64,000 nt of DNA from NCBI GenBank assembly GCA_002709695.1, contig PAQF01000078.1:48351-112350 (forward strand), written 5' to 3'. The position numbers and the translations under genes were made by a program. Below, piece after piece: positions 47,873-58,358 of the stretch. The notes under the pieces were generated by a model. It searched no databases. It saw nothing but the letters and a program-made list of their open reading frames with translations, and was not told where the DNA came from. Each line of letters begins with the position of its first letter. Position 1 is the first letter of the stretch. The stretch is from Candidatus Poribacteria bacterium (GTDB lineage: Bacteria; Poribacteria; WGA-4E; UBA9662).

Positions 47873-49360
47873 TTATGGCAAGTTCGTGATTTTTAAAAAC
47901 TGGTTGTATGCTTGGTCCCATTTTGCGTGATTTGTTGGCTCAAAATAAATAAGTTCTGATGATTCGGCGATAATTTCTCTGCCTTCTGTTATGGACCCAA
48001 TGGTACCGCTAGAAACCATCTGCACTAATAGATTGCCAATAGAAGTTGCCTCTACTGGTCCCGCAAGAACCTGACGCTTTGTTGCGTCTGCAGTAAATTG
48101 ACAGAGGAGTTTATTTTGAGTTCCTCCACCAATGATGTGAATAGTATTGATGGTTTCTCCTTTGATAAATTCAAGCTTTTCGAGTACCCATCGGTATTTA
48201 AGTGCAAGGCTTTCAAGAGCAGTACGTGCTATTTCTCCTTTTGTTAATGGCAAATTTTGGTTTGTTCGTTTACAGAAATCCACAATTCGTTTCGGCATGT
48301 CACCAGAGGCTAGGAACGAATGATGATCCGGATCTATTAAAGCTTTAAAGGGGTCAGCTTGAGCTACAATTTGTGAAATCTCATCGTATGATATCTGTTG
48401 CCCTGAACGTGACCATGTCCGGCGACATTCCTGAACAAGCCATAATCCCATGATATTTTTAAGAAAACGGAAGGTATTGTTTACACCGCCTTCATTGGTG
48501 AAATTTAGATCAAGGGCTTGTTTAGTTATAATTGGTTTGTCAACTTCAATACCCATGAGAGACCAAGTTCCTGAACTGATATAAGCCCAACTTTCATGGC
48601 GCACAGGAATTGCAGCTACTGCTGATCCTGTATCATGACACGCAGGAGCAATTACTTGTGTAGGCTGGAGACCAGTCTCATCAGTAATAGATGAGAGAGT
48701 TGGTCCGATGTTTGTGCCAGGCTGAATAATCTTTGGGAAAATGCTCAGCGGAATATTTAAAACTTCGCATAGATCAGACGACCAATTTTCTTGTCGAGGA
48801 TTATATAACTGCGTGGTTGTCGCGTTGGTAAATTCCGAAAATTTCTGACCCGTTAGCCAGAAATTGATCAAATCTGGAATTGTTAAAAATGTCTCCGCGA
48901 ACCGAAGAAGAGGTGAATCAGTAAGTACCATAGAATAGAGCTGATAAATCGTGTTGATTTCCAAGAACTGGCAACCGCTAAGTTCAAATACTGATGATCT
49001 TGGCATTAGATCAAACACTTTCTCCAACACACTTGCGGTTCGTGCATCTCGATAATGAAAAGGCAGGCCTATTAAGTGGTCGCTTTTGTCAACTAAACCA
49101 AAATCGACGCCCCATGTATCAACGCCAATCGATTCGATGTTAGAACCGTTCCTTGCACATATAGAAAGTGTATTTTTAATTTCTCTCCATATCCCAATGA
49201 TGTCCCAGTGTAAATTATCGAGAATGCGAATCCCACCATTTGGAAAGCGATGAAGAACCTCTAGTTTGATCTGTTTCCCATCAAAGCAACCTAATATTCC
49301 ACGACCACTTTCAGCACCTAGATCAAAGGCAAGAAAATCTTTGCTTTTTTTCATTTCCAT
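47873..49360 (-). CDS. FGGY-family carbohydrate kinase, rhamnulokinase-like
   Basis: N-terminal AFDLGAESGRGILG...HRFPNG closely follows the RhaB N-terminus pattern. FGGY C-terminal glycine-rich motif HIIGGGTQN. Confidence 0.7.
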   Translation of the reverse strand: MEMKKSKDFLAFDLGAESGRGILGCFDGKQIKLEVLHRFPNGGIRILDNLHWDIIGIWREIKNTLSICARNGSNIESIGVDTWGVDFGLVDKSDHLIGLPFHYRDARTASVLEKVFDLMPRSSVFELSGCQFLEINTIYQLYSMVLTDSPLLRFAETFLTIPDLINFWLTGQKFSEFTNATTTQLYNPRQENWSSDLCEVLNIPLSIFPKIIQPGTNIGPTLSSITDETGLQPTQVIAPACHDTGSAVAAIPVRHESWAYISSGTWSLMGIEVDKPIITKQALDLNFTNEGGVNNTFRFLKNIMGLWLVQECRRTWSRSGQQISYDEISQIVAQADPFKALIDPDHHSFLASGDMPKRIVDFCKRTNQNLPLTKGEIARTALESLALKYRWVLEKLEFIKGETINTIHIIGGGTQNKLLCQFTADATKRQVLAGPVEATSIGNLLVQMVSSGTIGSITEGREIIAESSELIYFEPTNHAKWDQAYNQFLKITNLP

Positions 49361-49556
49361 TTTTCTTGAAGATTATAAAATATTTTTTAGGTGTTAGATA
49401 ATATAGTTTAATAACCAATTTTTTGTGACAATCTGTTTGTTCAGTAAATGATACTTTTGCACAAAAACATCTATATGAGAACTTCAAAATTATTGACACA
49501 AGTAAGATTATAACACTTTCAACCCGTCTGAAACAGTGATTTTTCCGGTTTATATA

Positions 49557-50399
49557 TTATATGTGAACGACAAATTCGCACCCTTTCTGAAACCAATCAC
49601 GTAGGATTGTTTCCTCAGAATAAGTTCGTTTGGCCGTTATTCCTTTTGCCTTCGATAAATCAATGGTTTCACTGATAATGTGGTCCCCAAAAAAACCAGC
49701 TTCTTTGGCTACATTGCCATCAGGGAAAACAATTTTCGAATTTCCATGTGAAGAGCCAGACGAATACATATCAGTAGGATTAGCGGGTGTGTTGGCCATG
49801 ACGAGATAAATACCATTTTCAGTAGCTCTTGATATCGGCATAGCAGCGTAGGCAGAAAGCTTATTTTCTTTTACTAGACTCGCTTCAGAAGAGCAGAAAA
49901 AGCAAATCTGTGCACCCATTGCAGCTGGGAGTTTAACAAGTTCCGGATAACGCACGTCGTGACAGATGATAAAACAGCAATCGACATCTGCCAAGCGCAC
50001 AATTGGCAATTTCTCACGATTGTTAACGCACCATTTCTCACCAGCAAGGAAGGTTTTGGCATATCTATATTTTAATTGGCCATTCCAATCAAAGATTGCT
50101 AAATCATTATACCAATTTCCGTTTTGATAACTTGCTGATCCCACAATAACATTAATATGATATTTTTTGCAGGCTTCACTTATGGAAGATTCTGCTTTTG
50201 CAAAAGTAGTTGGTAACATCCTCTCCCAATACTCGGAACGACAGCAATAGCCGAACAAACACCCTTCCGGAAAAGCTATAATGTCAGCCTTGTCTTCCGC
50301 ACATAATTCGATGAAATTTATTACTTTCGATACATTTTCTTCCACCTTGTCACTAGATAATAATTGACAAGCTGCGACTCTGACTGTCTTCTCGGACAT
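49557..50399 (-). CDS. Carbon-nitrogen hydrolase (nitrilase superfamily)
   Basis: E-K-C triad context: VRVAACQ...AFPEG (Glu), ...AKTF... (Lys), CCFIICHDVRYPE (Cys). 280 aa. Confidence 0.7.
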   Translation of the reverse strand: MSEKTVRVAACQLLSSDKVEENVSKVINFIELCAEDKADIIAFPEGCLFGYCCRSEYWERMLPTTFAKAESSISEACKKYHINVIVGSASYQNGNWYNDLAIFDWNGQLKYRYAKTFLAGEKWCVNNREKLPIVRLADVDCCFIICHDVRYPELVKLPAAMGAQICFFCSSEASLVKENKLSAYAAMPISRATENGIYLVMANTPANPTDMYSSGSSHGNSKIVFPDGNVAKEAGFFGDHIISETIDLSKAKGITAKRTYSEETILRDWFQKGCEFVVHI

Positions 50400-50443
50400 A
50401 ATAATATTCCTTGTAAGAGTATCGGCAATACAAATCTTGGAGA

Positions 50444-52828
50444 TTAGTATAAAATCCTAATTTGAGGAGAATTTGAGCTAAGAAGGTAAAATTGATTAGT
50501 ATACTGATTATAACTAATAGATTTAGGGAGGTTCCCACTTGTGATATTAATATCCTCGTGTACTATTTTTAACGGCATTTCAATAATTCGGACTCGCCCA
50601 CTGTAATCAAGGACAAATGCTAATTCACGGTTATTTCGTTCTCGACGAACAGACACACCTTTCGGTGCAACACCAATTTTGCGGGAAATAATTTTTCTGT
50701 GCGTTACCATATCAACGATACTTAGGTCATCCGAAAGTGTATTGACAATATAAAGATATTGTCCGTTTTTTGCTGTAGCAACAACATTTGGAGCGCCTCC
50801 TACAACAATATCCATGATATGGTTTTGGCTACGAACGTCAATGACTGAAATACTATTACTCCCTACACAGGCAACATAGAGATAGTCCTCATTTGGGGAT
50901 AGCACCAGCCCTGCTGGCTGTTTACCGACAGCAATACTATGTACACGCATCGGTATTGATAGGTCCACTACTGCTATTTTATGTTCCCGTTGCAAACTCG
51001 CGTACATGGTAGTCCCATCCTCAGAAACAATACAATCAACTGGATAATCACCAACTGTAAATTGATGTACTTCTTGGTTAAGAGTTGTGTCAATGACTGA
51101 TACTTGATCCAGATCTGATATAGTAACGTAGACCTCTGGCTTCACGGGATTGGCTGCTATGCCAAGATGATGGCAATCGGATGAGCTACATTCCAAGATT
51201 ATCTGACCAATCGTATTATGTGTATGAGGGTCAATTACAAGAATCTGATTGCTGTTTTCGCTTGTTACATACGAACTTTGATTGGTATGGACAACTTGAG
51301 TTGGTTCGTCAATTCGATCACGAATTTCTATCCTCCTTTGTGGAAGCGGGCTAAGCTCAACTCTAAGGAATGCAAATGCCTGTCTAGTTTTGGTAGTTTC
51401 CAAACGACTCAAGTATCCATCTGCAGTAACTTGAAGAGAATAGGTTCCTTCTTGATCATAGGATAGCATGAAGTTTCCACTTGAGTCAGATAAAGTCTTG
51501 GTCTTATGTCTTATTGTTTTTAAACGGACTCTATTGATTGGTAAACCGTCATAGGCATTACTAACTGTTCCTGTGATACTTCCTAGTTTAACTGCTCGGA
51601 TTGGTAATTTTAAATTTCCTCCGTTACCAGTAAAACCAATATTAATTATGTACTGATTTGCATCCAACTGAGACCTAAAAATTCGAACACTTACATCTTG
51701 TGTTTGCCCTTGGTTTATTATGCCACTGTTAGGTGTCAACTGTATCCAGCCCTCTGGTGATTTTGCTGACCAAGACAAAATTCCTTTTCCTATGTTTTTT
51801 ATTTTGATTTGCTGTGATTCTGAAAAAACTCCAAAATCGATTTCTGAGACTGAGAAATCCATGACAGCCTGTGTAACGTTAGCAACAATTTTGACGGTCT
51901 TGCGCCCAGCATTAGTTCCGCTTACAGTAATAATCGTATTATATTGGCCTGGTTCTAGAATAATTCGATTAATTTGTAGGATAGCAGTCGAAGTTTTCGT
52001 GGTAACCTTTCCTAATCGTGGTTTAATTTCTAACCACTCAGCTCCTCCACCAATTTGCCAATCCAAGACTCCTGTACCTGCATTACGAATTTCGATTGTT
52101 TGGAAAATATCATTAGGACCAAAAGTAATTGACTGTGGGGCAATAAATAATTTTGGCGCTTCCGGAATATCTAATGTTACTCGAACAACAATAGAAGGGC
52201 TTTCTTCTGATTCAATAGTAATTATTGCACTGTATGCACCCGGAGAAAGTTTACGGTCCACATGTACATTGATGACTTGATCCTGTTTGGCTTCAATGGT
52301 GCCATCTTTTGTATTTAAGGTGACCCAGTCTTGATTAACAACTGCTTCCCATTTCAAAATGGCATTTCCGGTGTTGCTAATTTGAAGTGGTAGATCTACA
52401 GCTCTTTTGCCGAAGTTCATCAGTGTTTTTGAAACACTTAAAATGGGAACGACAAAGTTGATTTGCTCAATATCTGATTGCTCACTTTCATTTTCTTTGT
52501 CATCACCGGAAGTTACTAAATAAAAATAAGTTCGATCTGCTGTAACACCTTGATCAAAATATTGTAAGCGAATTGAGTTTCCCAAGAGAATATAATGCCC
52601 ATTTCGTTCCGTAGCACGATAAATTTTGTAACGAATTACAACGCCTGCCAGATCTTCTGCTAGTTCCCAAGTAAGATTTATACCCTGATTTATTATCGTT
52701 GCTTTTAGATTATGGGGTATGGGAAGTATAACCGTTTCCTCGCTAGACTCCTCGCAATTTAGTGATAAGAAAAAGGTGAAACAAAACATAACAATAACAG
52801 CTTTGTTCATCAAGGCTTGGGAATTCAT
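50444..52828 (-). CDS. Large secreted multidomain protein: signal peptide, several Ig/fibronectin-like beta-sandwich domains, carboxypeptidase-regulatory-like domain, C-terminal YVTN-type beta-propeller repeats
   Basis: Signal peptide MNSQALMNKAVIVMFCFTFFLSLNC (possible lipoprotein Cys). Repeated ...SVIDT.../...YVTISDLDQVSVIDT... motifs typical of YVTN/NHL propellers. Confidence 0.5.
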   Translation of the reverse strand: MNSQALMNKAVIVMFCFTFFLSLNCEESSEETVILPIPHNLKATIINQGINLTWELAEDLAGVVIRYKIYRATERNGHYILLGNSIRLQYFDQGVTADRTYFYLVTSGDDKENESEQSDIEQINFVVPILSVSKTLMNFGKRAVDLPLQISNTGNAILKWEAVVNQDWVTLNTKDGTIEAKQDQVINVHVDRKLSPGAYSAIITIESEESPSIVVRVTLDIPEAPKLFIAPQSITFGPNDIFQTIEIRNAGTGVLDWQIGGGAEWLEIKPRLGKVTTKTSTAILQINRIILEPGQYNTIITVSGTNAGRKTVKIVANVTQAVMDFSVSEIDFGVFSESQQIKIKNIGKGILSWSAKSPEGWIQLTPNSGIINQGQTQDVSVRIFRSQLDANQYIINIGFTGNGGNLKLPIRAVKLGSITGTVSNAYDGLPINRVRLKTIRHKTKTLSDSSGNFMLSYDQEGTYSLQVTADGYLSRLETTKTRQAFAFLRVELSPLPQRRIEIRDRIDEPTQVVHTNQSSYVTSENSNQILVIDPHTHNTIGQIILECSSSDCHHLGIAANPVKPEVYVTISDLDQVSVIDTTLNQEVHQFTVGDYPVDCIVSEDGTTMYASLQREHKIAVVDLSIPMRVHSIAVGKQPAGLVLSPNEDYLYVACVGSNSISVIDVRSQNHIMDIVVGGAPNVVATAKNGQYLYIVNTLSDDLSIVDMVTHRKIISRKIGVAPKGVSVRRERNNRELAFVLDYSGRVRIIEMPLKIVHEDINITSGNLPKSISYNQYTNQFYLLSSNSPQIRILY

Positions 52829-52935
52829 ATTATGGTTGAATATATGGGCGGTTCTAAAAATTGAGATAATCCAAATTCGTGCTTGAATTTGGTTGGTGGA
52901 GTTACTTCAGTTTTCTAACTAACGTTGAGTTATCT

Positions 52936-53769
52936 TTATTCTGGATTAAGACGGTTATTAACCTGATCTTGCGTTGGGATATTGGTAAGTCCCTTTCCTT
53001 CTACTGCAAATGAAGCGACACAATGTGCAAAATTTAAAGCACTTATTGGTGAACCTGTCTCATAATAGTTGATCAGGAATGCAGCTGCAAACACATCACC
53101 AGCACCTGTTGGATCTACCTCTTTTGCCGAATAGGCGGGAGATTCTATAATCTGGTTGTTTTCATAAAGTGTTGCACCATTTTTGCCTTTGGTTAACACC
53201 ACAATTTTAGCCCATTGAATATACATATTTAAATCCTTGGGATTCGCAAGGATGTCCTCATCACTTAAAACGAGAATATCTGTATGTGTTAAAATCATCT
53301 CTGCCATGTCCCAACGTTTGGGGCGAACTTGGCGACTGATATTCCACTGACGCATCCATCCCTGCGGGGTTACTCCAATTAGGGAATTCTTAAAACAGTG
53401 TATCAATTCAGAGTCGATCTCATTAGCAATCGGGCACAAATAAACGATGCCAGTGTTTTGCAATTCAGTTGGTATATGACTGAGTTGTAACTTGCCACCG
53501 ATTCCAAGAATTATTTGGTGGCGTTTGCCATGCTGGTCATATTGATTATCAAAGATTGTTGTTTCTATAGAATCATGATATGTGATATTGATTTGATTTA
53601 AGATAGGGTCTTGTCGATTAAAATCCTTGGCAACTGAGGTTACCGCATATGTGTCTAAGCCAAGGTTTCGGGCAGTGACGGCAGAATAAGCCGCACCACC
53701 TCCAATTGTGTATCCATTTGGTGTTACGTCTTGGCAAAAATGTCCAATGGCTAAAAAATCAGATGGCAT
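52936..53769 (-). CDS. PfkB-family carbohydrate kinase (ribokinase/KDG-kinase-like)
   Basis: N-terminal GGAAYSAV.. and C-terminal DPTGAGDVFAAAFL anion-hole motif. Confidence 0.75.
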   Translation of the reverse strand: MPSDFLAIGHFCQDVTPNGYTIGGGAAYSAVTARNLGLDTYAVTSVAKDFNRQDPILNQINITYHDSIETTIFDNQYDQHGKRHQIILGIGGKLQLSHIPTELQNTGIVYLCPIANEIDSELIHCFKNSLIGVTPQGWMRQWNISRQVRPKRWDMAEMILTHTDILVLSDEDILANPKDLNMYIQWAKIVVLTKGKNGATLYENNQIIESPAYSAKEVDPTGAGDVFAAAFLINYYETGSPISALNFAHCVASFAVEGKGLTNIPTQDQVNNRLNPE

Positions 53770-54008
53770 TTGATTTCTTTCTCGTTAATTTTAATAGCAA
53801 TTAGTATAGGTTGTGGACTAGCATTAAATCTACTAATTTTCAAAATTGATTAATTGAAGATAATTTTGTGTGGGTATAGGGAACTGTATATTCGGAGAAA
53901 GTCAAGATTAAGATCAAGCTGCAACCTTTTACTATCTAAGGTAATGAGTTTCTACTTCTTTGACTTTGAAGTCTGTCTCAACATATCTGTTTGTTTTGCA
54001 TACTTAAT

Positions 54009-55139
54009 TTATTGGGAAACAAATCCGTTTTGCTCGACTTGCTGATTGAAGATTTCCTGATCTAAACTCAAACCAAATCCGGCAGCCTTTGGGACATTTA
54101 CGAACCCATCTGTTATCTTATAAGCAGAGTCATCTATACCGAAAATAGATGCTTGATCCCACTCTACAAACTCAAACAGCTGAATACCCGCGGCAAGATG
54201 ACAAGATACAAAATTACCGTAATATCCTCCATAGTGATGTGGCGCGGATCTTACGTTCCATTGATCCAGTTGTGAACCAAGTTTTAGCCAAGGCATGAAA
54301 CCATATCCAAAGATATCGTATTGGATTACATCGACTAATCCATTACGAGCCCAATCTAGTAGGTTTGGTGCAGCTGATCCTTCGCCATCTGCAATTAATG
54401 TTTGTAACCCTTCCTTCTGGAGCCAATTCTTTAGGTTTTCATAGAGTTTAGGGTCTTCGTGAAAGGCTTCTTCTATCCAATGGATATGAGCTTCTGCCGT
54501 TTCAGCTAGTACCTGTTTAGTCAAATTCAAATTATATCCATTATTTGCATCCAACAAAATTTTAGCTTGAGGGCCAATAGTGTTTCGGACTGCATTAACC
54601 ACCATGATGTCACGTGTGGTTCCGCTTTCCAACACCATATGCATAGCACCTCTTCCAACCTTAATTTTAAAATTTCTATGTCCATACTTACGTCCTGCTA
54701 TGGCTTCTGATGCGATTAGATCAGCAGCTTCTTTGTGATCTGTAAGATGGAGATCATCAATGTAAAGTGATGTATCATAGCAAGGTACAGTAAATACATC
54801 TTCATCACAAGTACTTGGATTTAACAACGAATAAATTGGTTTATTGGCAAGTTGACCAACTAAATCCCAGATTGGGTATTCAATCCAATGGAATTGCCTT
54901 TTAACACCATTTTCTAGGTCAAATATATCCTCTATATGAAATCCTATAAGTGATTGTGCTTGTTCTTTGCTAATGTTAGCCCGACCAAATCCAATAGCAC
55001 CATTTTCAGCAAAGATAGCGGCAATCGGTGGTTTGACGTGGATACCATGCTCACCCAATCTTGAATTACATCCAGCTTTACGTGGTCTTTTGCCGTGTAA
55101 TTGGGCCCACTTAATACATTTAATTTTTGTTTTTGGCAT
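54009..55139 (-). CDS. Enolase-superfamily (mandelate racemase / sugar-acid dehydratase-like) enzyme
   Basis: 376 aa. Metal-ligand spacing ...KILLDANNGY...IEEAF.... MR/MLE-like capping domain. Substrate unknown. Confidence 0.55.
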   Translation of the reverse strand: MPKTKIKCIKWAQLHGKRPRKAGCNSRLGEHGIHVKPPIAAIFAENGAIGFGRANISKEQAQSLIGFHIEDIFDLENGVKRQFHWIEYPIWDLVGQLANKPIYSLLNPSTCDEDVFTVPCYDTSLYIDDLHLTDHKEAADLIASEAIAGRKYGHRNFKIKVGRGAMHMVLESGTTRDIMVVNAVRNTIGPQAKILLDANNGYNLNLTKQVLAETAEAHIHWIEEAFHEDPKLYENLKNWLQKEGLQTLIADGEGSAAPNLLDWARNGLVDVIQYDIFGYGFMPWLKLGSQLDQWNVRSAPHHYGGYYGNFVSCHLAAGIQLFEFVEWDQASIFGIDDSAYKITDGFVNVPKAAGFGLSLDQEIFNQQVEQNGFVSQ

Positions 55140-55280
55140 GTTTTTCAGTTATGTTTGCATTTATTCTGTTGTAGTAGATAATGATTGTATTGTATTAGGG
55201 AACAAAAGACTGTGAAACTTGACAAAGCCTTCAGAAAAACCTGAAGGCTTTGTGTATAAAAGCATTTGTACTATTTCTTC

Positions 55281-56246
55281 TTAAAGGTCCACCGCTTTGC
55301 CGGTTTGAAATGATGTGCTAGCAGCTAGCATCAAACGAAGTGTCTTTAGAGCATCACTGTACGGAGATAGTATTTCTGATCTATCACCAGTTTTGACAGC
55401 ATCAATGAACACGCGGTCTCTATCTTGGCCTCCAGAACCATCCAGTTCTTCCTCTTGACCATCCTTCCTACGAATGGTATTTGATCCACCAATAGTAGCA
55501 ACAACCCCGCGGCAAAAGACCTCAAGATAAACTCTCCCCCAAGACTCCATCGCACATGAAGAAACGATATTGGCAACAGCACCGCTTTCAAACTCAATAT
55601 TTACCATGCTAATATCATCAACATCATAATTAGGAATATCTGTCATACTACCACTTGCCGCAACACCATGTACCAACTTTGCATCTCCTAATACAAAACG
55701 AGCGAGATCAAATATGTGAGTTGTTTGTTCGACGTGCTGACCGCCTGATTGGGCTCTTACACGCCACCATGGAACACCTGGCATTCCTCCCATCCAATAT
55801 CCTAATGCTCCAAGGATTTGTGCTTCCTTCTCAAGTTCCGATTTGGCATGTTGTGCATTTCCTCCATAGCGCCAATGGTAACCAACACTCGTAACCACAT
55901 CGCTTTTTTCTACATGATCATTGATGATAATCGCAGTATCTAGCTCGCAGGCAATTGGCTTTTCGATAAACATAGCGATCTCTTTTTGACATGCTATTAT
56001 TTCTTGTGGACCATGTGCGAATGGTGGAGTGCAAATGTATACGGCATCAAGTTCCTCTGAATCGTACATTTGTTGATAATCCGTGTAAGCGTTTCCTCCG
56101 AATTCTTCAGCACGTTGCTTTGCACGGTCTTCAGAGACATCACACATAGCGACGAATTTAACGTCATCAAAGTTCTTCAAATTATTCATGTGGGCACCAG
56201 CCATGCCTCCAGTACCAATAAATCCTAATCTTACTTCTTCTGCCAT
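55281..56246 (-). CDS. Gfo/Idh/MocA-family NAD(P)-dependent oxidoreductase
   Basis: Rossmann LGFIGTGGMAGAHM. The start is moved to the ATG at 56246 (MAEEVRLGF), preceded by GGGAGGAAAAA. The listed 56321 start lacks an RBS. Confidence 0.75.
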   Translation of the reverse strand: MAEEVRLGFIGTGGMAGAHMNNLKNFDDVKFVAMCDVSEDRAKQRAEEFGGNAYTDYQQMYDSEELDAVYICTPPFAHGPQEIIACQKEIAMFIEKPIACELDTAIIINDHVEKSDVVTSVGYHWRYGGNAQHAKSELEKEAQILGALGYWMGGMPGVPWWRVRAQSGGQHVEQTTHIFDLARFVLGDAKLVHGVAASGSMTDIPNYDVDDISMVNIEFESGAVANIVSSCAMESWGRVYLEVFCRGVVATIGGSNTIRRKDGQEEELDGSGGQDRDRVFIDAVKTGDRSEILSPYSDALKTLRLMLAASTSFQTGKAVDL

Positions 56247-56608
56247 TTTTCCTCCCAAACAAAATAGGATGGTTAATATAAACTCAAAATGAGGACACGC
56301 AATTCGGCAGAAAGATACCAAGTTATGCCGAAAAGAAATTTGTCCTTACTCATTACTTGTAAAAATTGACTTACTATAACCATAATTTTATATCGTCAGA
56401 GAAAATAATTAAACCTTTTTGTGATTTGTTGATTGTGCAAAACAGCAAAGTTGGTTTTAGGCTGATAGGTATCAAAGTGTAAACTGATGAAAAAAAATTG
56501 AAAACGGATACATATTTAGATAAGCTAGTAATATCCAAAGGGAATCTTACAGATGACTTTAAATTCCCGAAGAGGCTGATTACTCCCAATTTTCTCTTGG
56601 AGGAAGCA

Positions 56609-57367
56609 ATGAGCAAACGGGTTGCTATTGTTACAGGCGCTGCAAGTGGTATCGGGAAGGCAATTGCTAAAGCACTTGCACGAAATAATGTTAAGGTGAT
56701 TATCGCCGACTTAGACGACGACGGGGGAAAAATCGTAGCTGAATCTATTGGTGGTTATTTTGTATTGACCGATTTGTCTCAGCGAATTGATTGTCAAACC
56801 TTGGTAGATTACACACTAACACATCACGATCGGATTGACATTCTAGTAAATAATGCAGGATTTCAACACGTCAATCCTATTGAAAAATTTCCCGAAGATA
56901 CTTGGGAGAAAATGTTATCTGTAATGTTGACAGCCCCGTTTCTATTGACCAAGTACGTTTGGCCAATAATGAAGAAAAATAGTTGGGGGAGGATTGTCAA
57001 CATTGCGTCTATCCATAGTCGCGTTGCTTCTCCATTCAAAAGTGGTTATGTTACAGCGAAGCATGGTCTTATTGGACTTACACGTACTGCAGCACTAGAG
57101 GGGGGTGCGTATGGTATCACCGTCAATGCTTTATGTCCAGCTTACGTCCAAACACCTCTAGTTGAAAATCAGATTGCTGAACAAACCATTATTCATGATC
57201 TATCAAAACAGGAAGTAATTAAACAGATGATGTTGGAGCCAGCCGCTATCAAACGGCTTATTAGTCCTGAGGAAGTAGCTGCTCTTGTTGTGTTCTTGTG
57301 CTCCGAGACCGCAAGTGCTATAACTGGTTCAGATTGGGCAATCGATTTAGGCTGGACAGCACGCTAG
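56609..57367 (+). CDS. Short-chain dehydrogenase/reductase (3-hydroxybutyrate dehydrogenase-like SDR)
   Basis: TGAASGIGKAIA cofactor motif, NNAG, and S...YVTAKHG catalytic triad. The start is moved to the ATG at 56609 after GGAGGAAGCA. Confidence 0.8.
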   Translation: MSKRVAIVTGAASGIGKAIAKALARNNVKVIIADLDDDGGKIVAESIGGYFVLTDLSQRIDCQTLVDYTLTHHDRIDILVNNAGFQHVNPIEKFPEDTWEKMLSVMLTAPFLLTKYVWPIMKKNSWGRIVNIASIHSRVASPFKSGYVTAKHGLIGLTRTAALEGGAYGITVNALCPAYVQTPLVENQIAEQTIIHDLSKQEVIKQMMLEPAAIKRLISPEEVAALVVFLCSETASAITGSDWAIDLGWTAR

Positions 57368-57521
57368 TTTTCGAAAATAATAGTTGATGGATTCGAATCA
57401 TTTTTTGATTTCACTTTATTCCTGACTAACAGTGAAGGGGAAAACTCATGTTATGTCTTACCTTTTACCTTTCTTAATTAACTTGTTTTCTAATTCTCTA
57501 AAATGAGGTGTTTGGTATTTT

Positions 57522-58355
57522 ATGTCCTCAGATGTCGTAGTCTTAAATCAGGTTGTTAAGCATTTTTATCGAAAAAAACGTCTTCCAAGAAATAGGGACC
57601 TTAGTGGCATTCAGCAATTTGCTTCCTCATTCAAAAATTACAAAGAAGTTGTCAAAGCTGTCGATGGAATTTCCTTTCAAGTAAAATCAGGTCAAATCTA
57701 TGGTATCTTAGGAGCTAATGGGTCCGGAAAATCAACACTTATACGTTTAATTTCTACCTTATTGTTGCCTGATAGTGGGCAAGTAAATGTTTTTGGATAT
57801 GACGTAGTTAAAAACAGTTATCTAGTTCGGCAAATGATTAACCGTGTTTCGGTGGAAGCCGCTTTTTTCAAAAGGCTTTCAGCTGAAGAAAACCTTGTGT
57901 ACACAGCTAGGCTTTATGGTATTCCGGTTATGGAGGCACGTCGCAAAGCCGAACATATACTGAACAAACTAGGTTTTGATTCTAAGCGAATGCACGAGGG
58001 AATGGAAGATCTCTCACGTGGGATGCAACAGAAGGTTGCTATTGCACGGGCTTTGTTGACCTCGCCTATGCTTTTGTTATTGGATGAACCTACAACCGGC
58101 CTTGATCCTACATCTAAACGTGATGTTCAGAGCTTTATCAATGATGTCCGGCATCAACAAGATACTGTTGTTCTGTTAACCACACACGATATGGTAGAAG
58201 CAGAAAAACTGTGTGACCAAATTGCAATTATTGATAATGGTAAAATTATTTGTGAAGGAACTGTCAAAGAGCTTAAGTTGCTCATTTCTCAAACCGAGGT
58301 AACGTTGGAGGATGTCTTCATTCAGCTGACCGGCAAAACCTTGAGTGAGGAGTAA
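57522..58355 (+). CDS. ABC transporter ATP-binding protein (ABC-2 exporter type)
   Basis: Walker A GANGSGKST, signature LSRGMQQKVAIARAL, Walker B LLLDEPTTGLD. Confidence 0.85.
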   Translation: MSSDVVVLNQVVKHFYRKKRLPRNRDLSGIQQFASSFKNYKEVVKAVDGISFQVKSGQIYGILGANGSGKSTLIRLISTLLLPDSGQVNVFGYDVVKNSYLVRQMINRVSVEAAFFKRLSAEENLVYTARLYGIPVMEARRKAEHILNKLGFDSKRMHEGMEDLSRGMQQKVAIARALLTSPMLLLLDEPTTGLDPTSKRDVQSFINDVRHQQDTVVLLTTHDMVEAEKLCDQIAIIDNGKIICEGTVKELKLLISQTEVTLEDVFIQLTGKTLSEE

Positions 58356-58358
58356 ATT

